A stretch of DNA of 50,173 bases from Nanobdellota archaeon. Its GTDB lineage: Archaea > Nanobdellota > Nanobdellia > Pacearchaeales > GW2011-AR1. Where the stretch lies: assembly GCA_039714095.1 (NCBI GenBank), contig JBDLJZ010000002.1, positions 1 to 50,173 on the forward strand. The letters run 5' to 3'. The first letter of the stretch is position 1, and each line of letters begins with the position of its first letter. The position numbers and the translations under genes were made by a program. The notes beneath the pieces were generated by a model. The model was not told the DNA's origin and searched no databases. It was given only the letters and a program-made list of their open reading frames with translations. Positions 50,102-50,173 of this stretch are shown one piece after another.

Positions 50102-50173
50102 TTACAATTTGTCAATTTCCTCTTCTACTTTATCTGCCCAATTTTTTATTATATTTTTTAGAATTTTTCTTAT
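50102..50173 (-). CDS. 3' end (24 codons) of an ORF entering from the right edge
   Basis: The minus strand reads ..IRKILKNIIKNWADKVEEEIDKL-stop (TAA at 50104..50102). Confidence 0.2.
   Translation of the reverse strand: MRKILKNIIKNWADKVEEEIDKL

Noticed and set aside
1-50173. Integrase, transposase or prophage boundaries that could explain the accessory regions
   Set aside because: No ORF shows DDE, tyrosine- or serine-recombinase motifs that I can recognise. The only mobile-type signatures are the intein, the repeat-bracketed cassettes and the dispersed structured repeats.

Overview
This is a 50.2-kb AT-rich segment (about 30% G+C, estimated by eye, not computed) of an archaeal chromosome. 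The gene content suggests a small-genome DPANN-type archaeon. The left 5 kb holds a conserved archaeal core cluster: ftsZ-secE-nusG(spt5)-rpl11, tRNA-Pro, rpl37ae-rpoP-prefoldin beta, sepF and a compact dph2. The middle is accessory and surface-related. It contains a GHKL-ATPase/STAS cassette inserted at the dph2 3' end, a Fic AMPylase, a PAP2-archaeosortase-DedA trio, an S-layer-like protein and five toxin-antitoxin pairs. It also contains a 14-kb array of 15 minus-strand genes (19165..33309). That array encodes class III (type IV pilin-like) signal-peptide proteins and giant cysteine-rich surface proteins, with three TA modules embedded in it. The right part holds PCNA, a fused PriS-PriL primase interrupted by a LAGLIDADG intein, and a type II R-M pair. 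It also holds secreted proteins with Cys modules, a ComEA-like protein next to an Hjc-like nuclease, DUF5320/DUF134, class II LysRS, RNase HI, acylphosphatase and DUF4386-type membrane proteins. No rRNA, CRISPR array, cas gene, transposase or integrase was seen. The candidates I rate highest for novelty are: (1) the pilin-like/Cys-rich adhesin locus, including its fission/fusion paralogy; (2) two related families of G+C-rich structured repeats lying over translation starts, some read in different frames inside signal-peptide leaders; and (3) the GHKL+STAS cassette bracketed by a 45-bp duplication of the dph2 3' end. All family assignments come from motifs read by eye. No database search was run.
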